DNA from: an uncultured Anaerolineaceae bacterium
Lineage (GTDB): Bacteria > Chloroflexota > Anaerolineae > Aggregatilineales > Phototrophicaceae
Assembly (NCBI GenBank): GCA_964508745.1
Contig: CAZDVL010000001.1
Coordinates: forward strand, 2,603-66,602
DNA length: 64,000 bases
Direction: 5' to 3'
In this document: positions 45,615 through 55,210 of the stretch, one piece after another
Layout: each line of letters opens with the position of its first letter
How positions within the stretch are numbered: position 1 is the first letter of the stretch
Translations under genes and position numbers: made by a program
Notes under the pieces: generated by a model
Database searches by the model: none
The model's input: the letters and a program-made list of their open reading frames with translations, nothing else
What the model was told of the DNA's origin: nothing

Positions 45615-47348
45615 TCAGGGGTGATAGTCGGCCAGGGTGGAGCCGCCAATGAACTCGCGCAGCAGCGAGGTGTCGGGGATCATGGCGTGCTGTTCAGGCG
45701 TAAAGGGCTGGACCCAGTTCAGAAACGACAGCAGGCGGTTGGCTTCGATGTACGTGGGCGTGTTCGGCCGCGTCTGAAGCAGCAGCGGCTCCACCAGCGG
45801 GCGTAGGGCCGCCAGCTCGTACACCAGCGCCGAATTGAACATCGAGTCGGCGTTTTCCTGGAAGGGGAAGATGTTCTGTTTTTCCCCCCGGCGCACGCTC
45901 TGCCAGCGCAGCAGCGTGTCGGTGACGGTGTAACCGCGCAGGCGCGCGTCGCGCACGATGCGGCGCAGCAGGCGCACGTCGGTTGTGGGCACGCGGTTGT
46001 GGGCGTCAATGTTGAGCTGCGTGAGGGCCGACACGTAAACCCGGTGCACGATTTCTGGCGGAATATCGGCCACCAGCGCCGGGTTCAGGCCGTGAATGCC
46101 CTCGACGATAATAATCTGGTTGTGCTCAAGCTGCACGCTGCTGCCGGTTTCACTTTTCCCGCTGATAAAGTTAAAGCGCGGCAGCGTGGTCGGCCTGCCG
46201 GACACCAGCTCCAGCAGGTTCTGGTTGAACAGCTCCAGGTTGACCGCCCTCAGCGATTCGAAATCGTAATCGCCGTTCTCGTCCTTTGGCGTCAGGTCGC
46301 GGTCAACGAAATAGTTGTCCAGCTCGATTGTAAACGGGCGCAGGCCGTGCGCCAGCAGTTGAATGGCCAGCCGCTTCGAGAAGGTTGTCTTGCCCGACGA
46401 CGACGGCCCGGCGATCAGAACCAGGCGCGTGTTCTGGCGTTTGTGCTTGTCGCAGATTTCGCGGGCGATGAAAGCGACGCGCTGTTCGTGCAGCGCTTCC
46501 GCCACCAGAATGAGTTCATGGACGCGGTTCTCGCGCACCACACGGTTGAAGCGGCCCACGTCCTCGACGTTCATCCGCCGCAGCCAGTCGTCAGCCTCGC
46601 GGAAGACGTGGGTCAGCTTGTCGTAGGGCAGCATGTCGCTGAGGTGAGTCGGGTTTTCCTGGCGCGGGTACTGGAGAATAAAGCCGGGCGGCGCGGCCAG
46701 CAGGCGGAAATACTGAAGGCTGCCGGTGGTGGGGACCATGTAGCCATAGTAATAATCGTCGCGCCCGCGCAGCGTGTAGATCGTCAGGTCGCCGCGCGTG
46801 CGCTGTTCCAGCAGGCGAACCTTGTCTGTGTCGCCGCGCGCTTCGAACAGCGCCACCGCCTGTTCCAGCGGCACAATGCGCTTGGCGATGGGGACGTTGT
46901 CCTGCACGATGGCGCGCATGTGCAGGTACAGCGCCGCCATATCCTCTTTGGTCAGTGGGCTGCTGTCGAGCATTTTGCAGTAAAACCCGCCGTCAGGGAC
47001 GGCGTAGCTGACGGCGACTTTGCGGCCGGGCCACAGCTCGTCAATGGCGATGGCCAGCAGCAGCACCAGCGAGCGCCGGTAAATGCGCCCACCGTCGCTG
47101 CTGGCGAGCGACACCGGCGCCAGCGCCGCGTCGCCCACGATTCGGTACGACAGCTCGCGCAGGCGGCCGTCCAGCACGCCGCCCATAACGGGGTGGGGGT
47201 AGCGCTCCGGGGCGGCCTGGGCGGCGGCTGACAGAAACGCCTCGATGTCTGTGCCCACCGGCCCCTCAAGCACCAGGCCGTCGTCCATTGTGACGCGGAT
47301 CGTGTCACGCGGCTGTGAAATCGTAATCTGCGACTCTTGTGTTATCAT
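45615..47348 (-). CDS. Uridine/nucleoside kinase (PRK/Udk family) fused to an N-terminal TGS-like and ThrRS-type additional domain
   Basis: I chose the inner start MITQESQITISQPRD (ATG 47348; the track start is 47639). Motifs are the P-loop LIAGPSSSGKTTFSKRL and FDNPDxxD-like DYDFESLRAVNLELF and IIIVEGIHGLNP. Confidence 0.8.
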   Translation of the reverse strand: MITQESQITISQPRDTIRVTMDDGLVLEGPVGTDIEAFLSAAAQAAPERYPHPVMGGVLDGRLRELSYRIVGDAALAPVSLASSDGGRIYRRSLVLLLAIAIDELWPGRKVAVSYAVPDGGFYCKMLDSSPLTKEDMAALYLHMRAIVQDNVPIAKRIVPLEQAVALFEARGDTDKVRLLEQRTRGDLTIYTLRGRDDYYYGYMVPTTGSLQYFRLLAAPPGFILQYPRQENPTHLSDMLPYDKLTHVFREADDWLRRMNVEDVGRFNRVVRENRVHELILVAEALHEQRVAFIAREICDKHKRQNTRLVLIAGPSSSGKTTFSKRLAIQLLAHGLRPFTIELDNYFVDRDLTPKDENGDYDFESLRAVNLELFNQNLLELVSGRPTTLPRFNFISGKSETGSSVQLEHNQIIIVEGIHGLNPALVADIPPEIVHRVYVSALTQLNIDAHNRVPTTDVRLLRRIVRDARLRGYTVTDTLLRWQSVRRGEKQNIFPFQENADSMFNSALVYELAALRPLVEPLLLQTRPNTPTYIEANRLLSFLNWVQPFTPEQHAMIPDTSLLREFIGGSTLADYHP

Positions 47349-47377
47349 ATGCGAAATGGTTGCCCAGCGCAGGTCAG

Positions 47378-47386
47378 TGCTATAAT
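47378..47386 (+). promoter_or_regulatory. Extended -10 element TGcTATAAT for the FHA gene
   Basis: A perfect TATAAT (47381-47386) is preceded by TGc. It lies 42 nt upstream of ATG 47428, in the divergent intergenic region. Confidence 0.45.
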
Positions 47387-47427
47387 CACGACATTGTCCT
47401 GGTAGTTTACTATGAAAACCGCGCCAG

Positions 47428-47907
47428 ATGAACCATAATTCGGACATGGAAGAAACCGGCCCGCTGGAAGAAGCCGATCTGGCCGGGGCCACCAGCGACA
47501 CCGTTATCCTGCCCGGCGGCCGCCTGCTGCGGCGCATGGTTGACCGCGCCGCCGCCGGCGACGACACGCTTGTCGGGCAGACGGGGGAGGTGATTCTGGT
47601 TATTCGCGGCATGACCGAGAGCATCGCGCTGCGCAGCACGCCGTCCGTGATTTTGGGGCGGATTGACCACCGCAGCGCGGCCCGGCCTGATGTTGACCTG
47701 GCGCGTTACGGCGCCGCGGAGCGCGGCGTTTCGCGCCAGCACGCGCGCCTGGAGATCGTTGATAACCACCTCTATATCACCGACCTCGGCAGCTCAAACG
47801 GCACATTCTGCCGGAGCCAGCGGCTGCAGCCGCACAAGCTCTGTATGCTGAAGCGGGGCGACGAGATCATTCTGGGGCGGCTTGCTCTGCAAATCATCTT
47901 TGACTGA
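47428..47907 (+). CDS. FHA-domain protein
   Basis: The core FHA motifs are VILGRIDH...GVSRQHARLEIVDNHLYITDLGSSNGTF...GDEIILG. Confidence 0.85.
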   Translation: MNHNSDMEETGPLEEADLAGATSDTVILPGGRLLRRMVDRAAAGDDTLVGQTGEVILVIRGMTESIALRSTPSVILGRIDHRSAARPDVDLARYGAAERGVSRQHARLEIVDNHLYITDLGSSNGTFCRSQRLQPHKLCMLKRGDEIILGRLALQIIFD

Positions 47908-47932
47908 CGCTGGCGCAAAGCGCGTGTGACTG

Positions 47933-48493
47933 ATGGCCTACGCTTACGAACGTTACCTCCAGGAAGTGCTGATCAGCGAAGCGCAGTTGCAGGCGCGCAT
48001 CCGCGAGCTGGGCGCCCGGATTTCTGCGGATTATGCTGCCTGCCCCGATCTGGTGCTGATCTGCATCCTGAAGGGCGGCGTGATGTTCCTGACCGACCTG
48101 ATGCGCCACATCAGCGTGCCCCACGAGATTGATTTCCTGGCGGTTTCCAGCTATGGCCGCGGCACGCGCGAGTCTGCCGGCGATGTGCGCATTGATATGG
48201 ACCTCACCGCCCAGGTGCAGAACCGCCACCTGCTGATCGTCGAGGACATTATTGACAGCGGCCACACGCTGCGCTTTGTGATTGACGTGCTGCTGGCGCG
48301 CAAACCCGCCAGCCTGCGCCTGTGTACGCTGCTGGACAAGCACGCGCGCCGGAGGGTGGATATTCCGGTGGATTACACGGGCTTTCAGATCGAGGACAAG
48401 TTCGTTTTTGGCTACGGCCTGGACCTGGATGAAAAATTCCGCAACCTGCCGTTCATCGGCGTCGTGCGGCTAGATTCCCTGCCACATGAGTGA
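47933..48493 (+). CDS. hpt: Hypoxanthine(-guanine) phosphoribosyltransferase
   Basis: Motifs are LICILKGGVMFLTDL, the PRPP motif LLIVEDIIDSGHTL and FVFGYGLD. Confidence 0.9.
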   Translation: MAYAYERYLQEVLISEAQLQARIRELGARISADYAACPDLVLICILKGGVMFLTDLMRHISVPHEIDFLAVSSYGRGTRESAGDVRIDMDLTAQVQNRHLLIVEDIIDSGHTLRFVIDVLLARKPASLRLCTLLDKHARRRVDIPVDYTGFQIEDKFVFGYGLDLDEKFRNLPFIGVVRLDSLPHE

Positions 48494-49892
48494 TGAGCTG
48501 CCCCCGCGCCAGCCGCACCGTCCGCTGCGCTGGCCGGACCCGGTGCTGCGCCTGTGCGCCACGCTGGCCGGCAGCGCCGCGCCCGTCTTTATCGTCGGCG
48601 GCGCGGTGCGCGACGCGCTGCTGCATCGCCCGCTGAAGGACCTTGACCTGGCGGTTCCGGCGGGCGGCGCCGCGCTGGCCCGGCGGATCGCGAACCGGGC
48701 GGGCGGGGCTTTCTTCCCGCTGGACAGCGCGCGCGATGTGGGCCGGGCGCTGCTCGACACGGAGTACGGGCGGCTGGTGGTTGATGTCGCGCGCTTCCGC
48801 GGCCCCGACCTGTATGCTGACCTGGCCGACCGCGATTTCACGATCAACGCGATGGCGGTGGACGCGCGCGCTGACCTGGGCCTGCTGATAGACCCACTGG
48901 GCGGCGAGCAGGACGCGCGGGCGAAAGTGATCCGGCGCTGCGGGCCGCGGTCGCTGGACGATGACCCGGTGCGCTGCCTGCGCGCTGTGCGCCTGAGCGC
49001 GCAGCTTGGCATGCGCATCGAGCCGGCGACCGTGCAGGACGTGCGCCGCTGCGCGCCGCGCCTGGCGTCTGTCTCGCCGGAGCGCGTGCGCGACGAGCTG
49101 TTCCGCCTGCTGGCGCTGCCGCGGGCCGCCGCCGCGCTGCGGGCCGCGGCCGCTGTCGGCGTTGTCGGGCCGGCGCTGCCGGGCCTCGACTTCGAAGGCG
49201 ACTCATGGAGGCGCGCCCTGGCGACGATCGAACACCTGGCCGCTGTCGCGGTCGCCAGCGCCGACTACTCCGACGACCTGACAGCTTCGCTGGGCACGGG
49301 GATGCTGGTGATGCAGTTGGGCCGGTTTCACAGCCAACTGCGCGCGCATTTTGAAACGCCCTGGCCGAACAACCGTCCACACGGAGCGCTGCTGGCGCTG
49401 ACGGCGCTGCTGGCCGCCGGCACGCCCGCGCGGGCCGCTGAACAGGCGGCCGCGCTGCGCTTGAGCAGCGCGGAAAGCGAGCGCGTCAGCCGTGTTGTGC
49501 GCGGCGCTGGCGCAGCGCTGGCGCTTGACCCCACGGACCGGCGCGCGCTGCACCGTTTCTGGCGCGACGCCGGCCCGGCAGGCGTGGATATGTGCCTGTT
49601 GAGCGCGGCGGATTTTCTGGCGGCGGCGGGCACGGCGCTGCATCAGGACAGATGGCTGAGCGCGATTGACAGGGTCTGCGCGCTGCTGGACGCCTATTTC
49701 AACCGTTATGCGGAGATCGTGGAGCCGCCGCCGCTGGTGGACGGCACGGCGCTGATGCGCATGCTTGGCCTGGCGCCTGGGCCGAACGTGGGCGCGCTGC
49801 TGGCCGCGGTGCGCGAGGCACAGGCCGCCGGCGAGGTCCACACGGCGGAGGAAGCCCTGCGCCTGGCGCGGCGGCTGCTTGGCGGCAGCTAG
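48486..49892 (+). CDS. tRNA nucleotidyltransferase / poly(A) polymerase family protein (CCA-adding-like)
   Basis: The head-domain motifs are FIVGGAVRDALLHRPLKDLDLAV, RDFTINAMAV and DDPVRCLRAVR. It overlaps hpt by 8 nt. Confidence 0.85.
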   Translation: MSDELPPRQPHRPLRWPDPVLRLCATLAGSAAPVFIVGGAVRDALLHRPLKDLDLAVPAGGAALARRIANRAGGAFFPLDSARDVGRALLDTEYGRLVVDVARFRGPDLYADLADRDFTINAMAVDARADLGLLIDPLGGEQDARAKVIRRCGPRSLDDDPVRCLRAVRLSAQLGMRIEPATVQDVRRCAPRLASVSPERVRDELFRLLALPRAAAALRAAAAVGVVGPALPGLDFEGDSWRRALATIEHLAAVAVASADYSDDLTASLGTGMLVMQLGRFHSQLRAHFETPWPNNRPHGALLALTALLAAGTPARAAEQAAALRLSSAESERVSRVVRGAGAALALDPTDRRALHRFWRDAGPAGVDMCLLSAADFLAAAGTALHQDRWLSAIDRVCALLDAYFNRYAEIVEPPPLVDGTALMRMLGLAPGPNVGALLAAVREAQAAGEVHTAEEALRLARRLLGGS

Positions 49893-50317
49893 AGGTAGGG
49901 CGCCAGGTCAAGCAGGCGCAGGCGCGCGTCCTCTTCCGGGACTTCAAAATGCTGGCTGAGCGCGGCTGGCGTGCGCGCGCCGTCGCTGAGGGCCTGCACC
50001 ATGTGCGCCGGCATGATGAGCATGCGCGCCAGCGTCTGGATCTGCGCGTCCTGCTGCACCATCTCCGGCACGCGGCGCAGGGACCCCCACTCGCTGAGCG
50101 TTACCTCACGCGCCAGCAGCCGCGCCAGCGACATGCGCGGCGCATACTGGCCCCTGGCGCTGAGAAAGCCGAGCGAGATGTTGCGCGGGTTCACCTCGGA
50201 CCACATATCGGGCCGGGGATGCTGGAGCATGTTCTCGATGGGCACGGGCGGCGCCTTGACCTCAAAGATTTCGAGCAGCTCGTGAACAACAATTTCTAAC
50301 GGTGGCAGCGCGGTCAC
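49889..50317 (-). CDS. Hypothetical protein, ImmA/IrrE (DUF955)-like but lacking HExxH
   Basis: In this 142-aa ORF the C-terminal part (LARMLIMPAHMVQAL...LSQHFEVPEEDARLRLLDL) resembles ImmA/IrrE proteins. The position of the zinc motif reads VVHELLEIF. Confidence 0.45.
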   Translation of the reverse strand: MTALPPLEIVVHELLEIFEVKAPPVPIENMLQHPRPDMWSEVNPRNISLGFLSARGQYAPRMSLARLLAREVTLSEWGSLRRVPEMVQQDAQIQTLARMLIMPAHMVQALSDGARTPAALSQHFEVPEEDARLRLLDLAPYL

Positions 50318-50320
50318 AGC

Positions 50321-50911
50321 TTATGAACTCTTTTCGATAGGGGGGGCTGGCGGCGCTGTGTGGGCCTGAAAGAACCACAGCAGGGTGCTGCCATAGCGCC
50401 GTTCATCGTAGGCGCCCAGGTGGCGGAGCGCGACCGGCTGCTGCTCCGACGGGTCAATCTGCACAATAACGACCGTGCCCGGCGGCAGCCAGGCCGGCTG
50501 CGCGTCCAGCGCGGCCAGCGTGTGCAGCCACAGATTTTTGTACTGCGGCGGCGCGACATAAATATAGTCGAACGCTTCAGCGGGCGGCTGGCGCAGCAGC
50601 GTGAGCACATCGGCGCGGCGCACGACGGCGCGCGCCTTCAGGCCGGTCAGCTCAAGGTTTTCGTGGATGGTCTGGACAGCCAGCCGGTCGAGTTCGACAA
50701 ACACGGCGCGCGCCGCGCCCCGGCTCAGCGCTTCGATGCCGACGCTGCCGGTGCCGGCGTACAGGTCCAGAAAGCGGGCGTCGATAATATCTCTGCCGAT
50801 GATGTTAAAGCAGGCCTCTTTGACCCGGTCCATCACCGGGCGCGTGGAATTGCCAGGGACTAATTTAAGCCGGCGCCCCCTGGCGCTGCCGGCGATCACG
50901 CGCGCGGGCAT
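50321..50911 (-). CDS. rsmD: 16S rRNA (guanine966-N2)-methyltransferase
   Basis: Motifs are RVIAGSARGRRL, TRPVMDRVKEA, the SAM motif FLDLYAGTGSVGIEALSRGA and YVAPPQY. Confidence 0.85.
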   Translation of the reverse strand: MPARVIAGSARGRRLKLVPGNSTRPVMDRVKEACFNIIGRDIIDARFLDLYAGTGSVGIEALSRGAARAVFVELDRLAVQTIHENLELTGLKARAVVRRADVLTLLRQPPAEAFDYIYVAPPQYKNLWLHTLAALDAQPAWLPPGTVVIVQIDPSEQQPVALRHLGAYDERRYGSTLLWFFQAHTAPPAPPIEKSS

Positions 50912-50914
50912 CGT

Positions 50915-51904
50915 TCAGGTTCCACTGCTTTCCACAACCTCACGGACGGCGCGGATGTTGGACAGCGGCGTGGTCACCATAATCACGCAGCCGGTGGAGA
51001 GGATCAAACGCCGCCCGCCGGCCTGGTGGATGGCGTCGCGGGCGGCCTCCCGGACGGACGAGGGCGTGCCGTTGTGCAGGTGCTGCCAGCGCGAGAGGCC
51101 GCCGCACACCGCCCCGCCGAACTGCGACTTGCCCTGCGCCAGGTCCGGCTCTGTCTCGCGGTCGTGCCAGTTGATGGACTGCACAGGCAGCTCGCTCGCC
51201 ACTTTGAACATCGGCGCGTCGCCGTGCAGGTGCAGCATGTTGAACCACCACTTGTCTGGCAGCGTGCCCAGTATCTTGCGGTCGTAGGGCAGGCCGAAGG
51301 CGCGGTACTCTTCCTCCGACAGCACATCGTAGCTGGCGTGCTGCACGGCGTAGAAGATGCCGGCGATGGGGGTGCGGCGCAGCGCGTCAATGTAGCGCAG
51401 CGTGGTTTCGGTCAGGATGTTCAGGCCGGTGTGCAGCCTTTCCGGGCGCGTGCGCAGATGGCGAATGAGGGTGTCTGCGCCGGCCATGTGTTTGGCCAGC
51501 GACAGCGGGCTGAAAATCGTGGCGACGATCGGCACCGTTTCATCCAGGCCGCTGCCGATCAGGTTCAGCGCCTCAAGGTGGCGGCCCAGCGCGCCGCGCA
51601 GCGGGTCAAGCGGGCGCAGCTCGGTCCAGTCAAGCGAGCGCGCCACCACCCGGCGCGTGTAGGCGCGCGTGCCCTCCAGGTTGCCTTCCCAGTGATCCTG
51701 CACGCCGTAGTCGGCCACGCTGTAGCTGCTGGCCGGCGTCACTTTGACAAAGTCCCAGTCGAAGGCGCGCTGAAAGCCAACCACAGACTGCGCCAGGTCA
51801 GCGGCGCGCTCATCGTCCCCTGGCCAGTGCCGCCACAGGGCAGCGGGGACGCGATCGGCGGCTTCGCCGGCAATCGTTTTTTCCAGGCGTTCGCGTTTAT
51901 CCAT
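50915..51904 (-). CDS. Uroporphyrinogen-decarboxylase (URO-D) superfamily protein (not canonical HemE)
   Basis: In this 329-aa ORF, RVPAALWRHWPG, SPLSLAKHMAG and STGCVIMVTTPLSNIRA fit a URO-D / methyltransferase-like TIM-barrel pattern. It lacks the HemE PIWLMRQAGR motif. Confidence 0.7.
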   Translation of the reverse strand: MDKRERLEKTIAGEAADRVPAALWRHWPGDDERAADLAQSVVGFQRAFDWDFVKVTPASSYSVADYGVQDHWEGNLEGTRAYTRRVVARSLDWTELRPLDPLRGALGRHLEALNLIGSGLDETVPIVATIFSPLSLAKHMAGADTLIRHLRTRPERLHTGLNILTETTLRYIDALRRTPIAGIFYAVQHASYDVLSEEEYRAFGLPYDRKILGTLPDKWWFNMLHLHGDAPMFKVASELPVQSINWHDRETEPDLAQGKSQFGGAVCGGLSRWQHLHNGTPSSVREAARDAIHQAGGRRLILSTGCVIMVTTPLSNIRAVREVVESSGT

Positions 51905-51966
51905 ACGTCTGTCGTGCTGCCGCGCCTGCTGAGGGGCGGCAGCGCCTCCTTGCTGCTGCGATCCGG

Positions 51967-52341
51967 TCAGACCAGCGCCGCTGAGCTGGCTTCGCCGGTT
52001 GCTTCGTTTAAGCGCTGGGTGGTCATGCGGATCAGCATGGTGAAGCGGTCATCTTCGGGCGTTTTGACGTTGTCGTGCGGGTGCTGTTCCGCGCGTGTGC
52101 GCTCGTATTCCTTGCGCGCCTGCTCGACCAGCTCCAGGCTCCGCCGGAACGCGGCGGCGGCGGCCTCTGTCTGGCCGAGCGCTTTGTACGCCAGGCCCTT
52201 GCCGTAGTTGGCGTCGATGTCGTCCGGGTGCTGCTTAAGAATCGCTTCAAACTCGGCGAGCGCCTCGCTGTAGCGTTTGTCGCGGTGGTGCAGCCAGGCC
52301 TGGCCGATGCGTTCGGCGGTGGAACTGGTGTTGGACATCAT
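51967..52341 (-). CDS. Small TPR-repeat protein
   Basis: The sequence is YSEALAEFEAILKQHPDDIDANYGKGLAYKALGQTEAAAAAFRRSLEL, which forms two TPR units. Confidence 0.7.
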   Translation of the reverse strand: MMSNTSSTAERIGQAWLHHRDKRYSEALAEFEAILKQHPDDIDANYGKGLAYKALGQTEAAAAAFRRSLELVEQARKEYERTRAEQHPHDNVKTPEDDRFTMLIRMTTQRLNEATGEASSAALV

Positions 52342-52394
52342 GTTTTACTCCTGCAGGAAACCGACGGAGAAATTGTACTGAGGGTGCGGCATTA

Positions 52395-54680
52395 TCACAA
52401 GGCGGGCGCGGGGGCAATGTGCGGGTAAACAGGCAGGTAAAGCGTTTGCCCCAGCGGACGGCCCTCGCTGTCAAAGAATGAGAGCCGGCTGCTGGCGTCA
52501 CAGGCCGGGCGGCAGGCGTAGATTTCAACGGTGAGCTGATAATCGTCGGGCGGCAGCTCCAGCGCCAGCGGAATCGTGTATGGGTCGGCGACATACTGGT
52601 AGGGCTGCCAGCGGCGGGTAGGGTAGTCGCCGGGCGCGCGCAGGGCTGTCTGATAGTGCAGCGCGCCGCGCGTGACATCATACAGGCTGACCTGCACCTG
52701 ATAATTTTCGTCGAGCAGGCGCAGCGTCCGCCAGTAAAGCGTGAGGTTCAGGGCGTCGCCGGGCTGGTAGCTGTCCTGGTCAAGCCTGAAGGCGATCGCC
52801 TCCAGGCCGGCGTCGGTGCGGTCGCGCAGGCTGACAGCCCCGTCCAGCCCGTGTCCGGGGCGGGCGTGCAGCGTCAGCGGCGAGAAGGGCGCGGCGAACA
52901 GCGGGATGAGCGCGGCGCAGGTCGCCAGCGTGAGCAGCAGCAGGCGGGCCTCCGGCACAGGCAGCAGCGGCACATCGCCAACGTCGGGCCGGCGGCGGCG
53001 CGCGCGCAGCCACGTCAGTGCGGCCAGCGCGGCCAGCGCGGCCAGGCTGACCAGCCAGCCGCGCTGGCGCGGCGGCGTCGGGCCGAGCGTCAGCAGCACC
53101 TCGCCGCTCATCACGGGAATCTGCATCTGCATCAGGTTGGTTTGCGGGTCAGGCATCAGCGCCAGCGGGCTGGCCTCGTTCCACGCCTGCCAACCGGGGA
53201 AGTAGGCCATCAGCAGGCCGATGCGCTGGGCGGTGTTCGTGCTGATCTGCAGGCGCAGGGTGTGCGTGCCGCCCTGAACAAGGCTGGCCTGCAGGCCGCT
53301 GGCGCGCACAACGCGGTTTGCGATGTCGGTTGGCGTGCGGGCGGGCAGCGCCGCCGGCAGCGTCGAGGGCAGGGGCGCGCCCGGCGGCAGCACAGCGATG
53401 CCCGCACCCTGCTGCTCGTAGGTGAGCTGGGCGGCGGGCGTGAGGTCGTCCAGCGTGTCGGGCCAGCGGGGGGCCAGCCAGACCGGCGCTGAAACCGCGA
53501 CGATGGCGGCCAGCAGCGCGGGCGTGAGCAGCCGCTGCGTGTGCTGTGGCAGGTGGCGCGCGAAACAGGCTGCGCCGCTGCCGCTGACAGCGGCGCACAG
53601 CGCCGCCAGCCCGACAAGCCAGGTTTCCGCGGGCAGCAGCGCGGCGGCCGCCGCCGCGCCGGCCCCGCCCAGCAGGAACAGGCCGTAAAAGCCCGCCACC
53701 CGGCACAGAACAGCGCCCGCTGCCGCGCCCACGACGGCGGCCAGCGCGGCCAGCGGCCCCAGCGTGAGGCGCGCGCGCGGCACCAGCTCTGCCAGGTCAA
53801 CGAAGGGCGGCGGGCTGAACAGCTTTTCGAGCAGCACGCGCGGCGGAACGGCCCTGGGACGGGCCGTCCAGGTGATCAGGCCCTGCTCGGCCAGCGCCGG
53901 CAGCCAGTAAAAGGCGGCGACGCCAGCCCCGATGATGACGCTTAAGCCCGCCAGCGCCCAGGGGACGGCGCGTCCGCGCCGCGCGAGGGCGTGCAGCGTG
54001 AGCAGCGCGGCCGTGCCCGTGCCAACCGCCGCCAGAGGTGGGTGAGTCAGCGCCAGGGCGGCCGTCAGCAGCGCCACCTGCGCGATGTCGCGCGCGCTGT
54101 CGGCCCACAGCAGATGGTCAACGCGCCACAGCAGCGCCGCCAGCAGCGCAAGGCCGGTGACGGCGGGCAGGTCGCCCAGGATGTGCGGCGCGGTGTGGCC
54201 GAAATAGGGGCTGAAAACGAACAGCGCCGCGGCGACAAGCCCCGCCTGCGCGCCGGCGTGCCGCCGCACCAGACCGTAAAGCGCCGCGCTCGCCAGGCAG
54301 AAGGAGGCGATATAGAGGACGCGCACCGCCACCACCGCGTCGTTGGTCAGCAGCACCTCAAGCAGCGCGGCGGCGTAGGCCGGCGCGGGTGGGTAGTAAT
54401 TGGGGATGGGCGCGCCGTAGCCCTGCTGCGCGAACGCTGACCAGCGGGGGTACAGCCGTCCTTCCTGCAGGGCCGCGGCGTAATCCGCCGCCATGAAGGC
54501 GTGGTTTTCGCTGGCGTTGGTGCGGGGCAGGCCGGGCTGTAACAGAAACGGCCAGGCCGCCAGCAGGCCCAGCGCCAGCGCCAGCAGGAGTCCCCAGTCC
54601 CAGCCGCGCTGCGCCTGGCGCATCCAGCGCGGCAGATCCCCGTTCGCTATCACAGAGGCGTGGTTGTGCATACTCTGCAT
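52395..54680 (-). CDS. Large polytopic membrane protein (PTPS-related / ArnT-like glycosyltransferase-type N-terminus, C-terminal beta-rich domain)
   Basis: This is a 761-aa ORF. The N-terminus reads WPFLLQPGLPRTNASENHAFMAADYAAALQEGRLYPRWSAFAQQGYGAPIPNYYPP and is followed by about 12 TM helices. The family assignment is by resemblance only. Confidence 0.6.
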   Translation of the reverse strand: MQSMHNHASVIANGDLPRWMRQAQRGWDWGLLLALALGLLAAWPFLLQPGLPRTNASENHAFMAADYAAALQEGRLYPRWSAFAQQGYGAPIPNYYPPAPAYAAALLEVLLTNDAVVAVRVLYIASFCLASAALYGLVRRHAGAQAGLVAAALFVFSPYFGHTAPHILGDLPAVTGLALLAALLWRVDHLLWADSARDIAQVALLTAALALTHPPLAAVGTGTAALLTLHALARRGRAVPWALAGLSVIIGAGVAAFYWLPALAEQGLITWTARPRAVPPRVLLEKLFSPPPFVDLAELVPRARLTLGPLAALAAVVGAAAGAVLCRVAGFYGLFLLGGAGAAAAAALLPAETWLVGLAALCAAVSGSGAACFARHLPQHTQRLLTPALLAAIVAVSAPVWLAPRWPDTLDDLTPAAQLTYEQQGAGIAVLPPGAPLPSTLPAALPARTPTDIANRVVRASGLQASLVQGGTHTLRLQISTNTAQRIGLLMAYFPGWQAWNEASPLALMPDPQTNLMQMQIPVMSGEVLLTLGPTPPRQRGWLVSLAALAALAALTWLRARRRRPDVGDVPLLPVPEARLLLLTLATCAALIPLFAAPFSPLTLHARPGHGLDGAVSLRDRTDAGLEAIAFRLDQDSYQPGDALNLTLYWRTLRLLDENYQVQVSLYDVTRGALHYQTALRAPGDYPTRRWQPYQYVADPYTIPLALELPPDDYQLTVEIYACRPACDASSRLSFFDSEGRPLGQTLYLPVYPHIAPAPAL

Positions 54681-54736
54681 TTTACTTGATTTACCCAGTT
54701 GGCGGTGATATGCTGTGCCCGTTCGGGCGGGGGTTA

Positions 54737-55210
54737 ATGGGCGCTGTTACGATTCGTAAGGTTGAGCCGGACGATCTGCCGGGCGTGGCGGCGCTGTGGC
54801 ACGAACGGATGACGCTCCAGCAGCAGTCTGACCGCCGTTTTTCGCTGGCGGCGGATGCGCCGGCGCGCTGGCAGGCCGCCGCCGCTGGCTGGCTGGCCGA
54901 CCCTCACTGCCTGCTGGTCGCCGCTGAGCGCGACGGGCTGCTGGTCGGCTACGCGGTCGGCTGGCTGCGGGACGCCCCGCCAGGGCTGCTGCCAGAGCGC
55001 ATCGGCGTCGTCAGCGAGATGCACGTCGGCGTGCACAGCTACCAGTCTGGGCTGGGGCAGGCGCTGCTGAACGAACTGCGCGCGTGGTTCGCGCAGCAGG
55101 GCGCTGGCGCGCTGACCGCGCAGGTTCCGCGCCGGCAGCCGGTGGAACAGGCTTTCTGGCGCGCGCTGGGCGCCGCTGAATGGATTAACGTGATGTGGGT
55201 GAAACTGTGA
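54737..55210 (+). CDS. GNAT-family N-acetyltransferase (copy 1)
   Basis: I chose the inner start MGAVTIRKVEPDDLPGVAALW. The motif is VSEMHVGVHSYQSGLGQALLNELRAWFAQQG. Confidence 0.8.
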   Translation: MGAVTIRKVEPDDLPGVAALWHERMTLQQQSDRRFSLAADAPARWQAAAAGWLADPHCLLVAAERDGLLVGYAVGWLRDAPPGLLPERIGVVSEMHVGVHSYQSGLGQALLNELRAWFAQQGAGALTAQVPRRQPVEQAFWRALGAAEWINVMWVKL

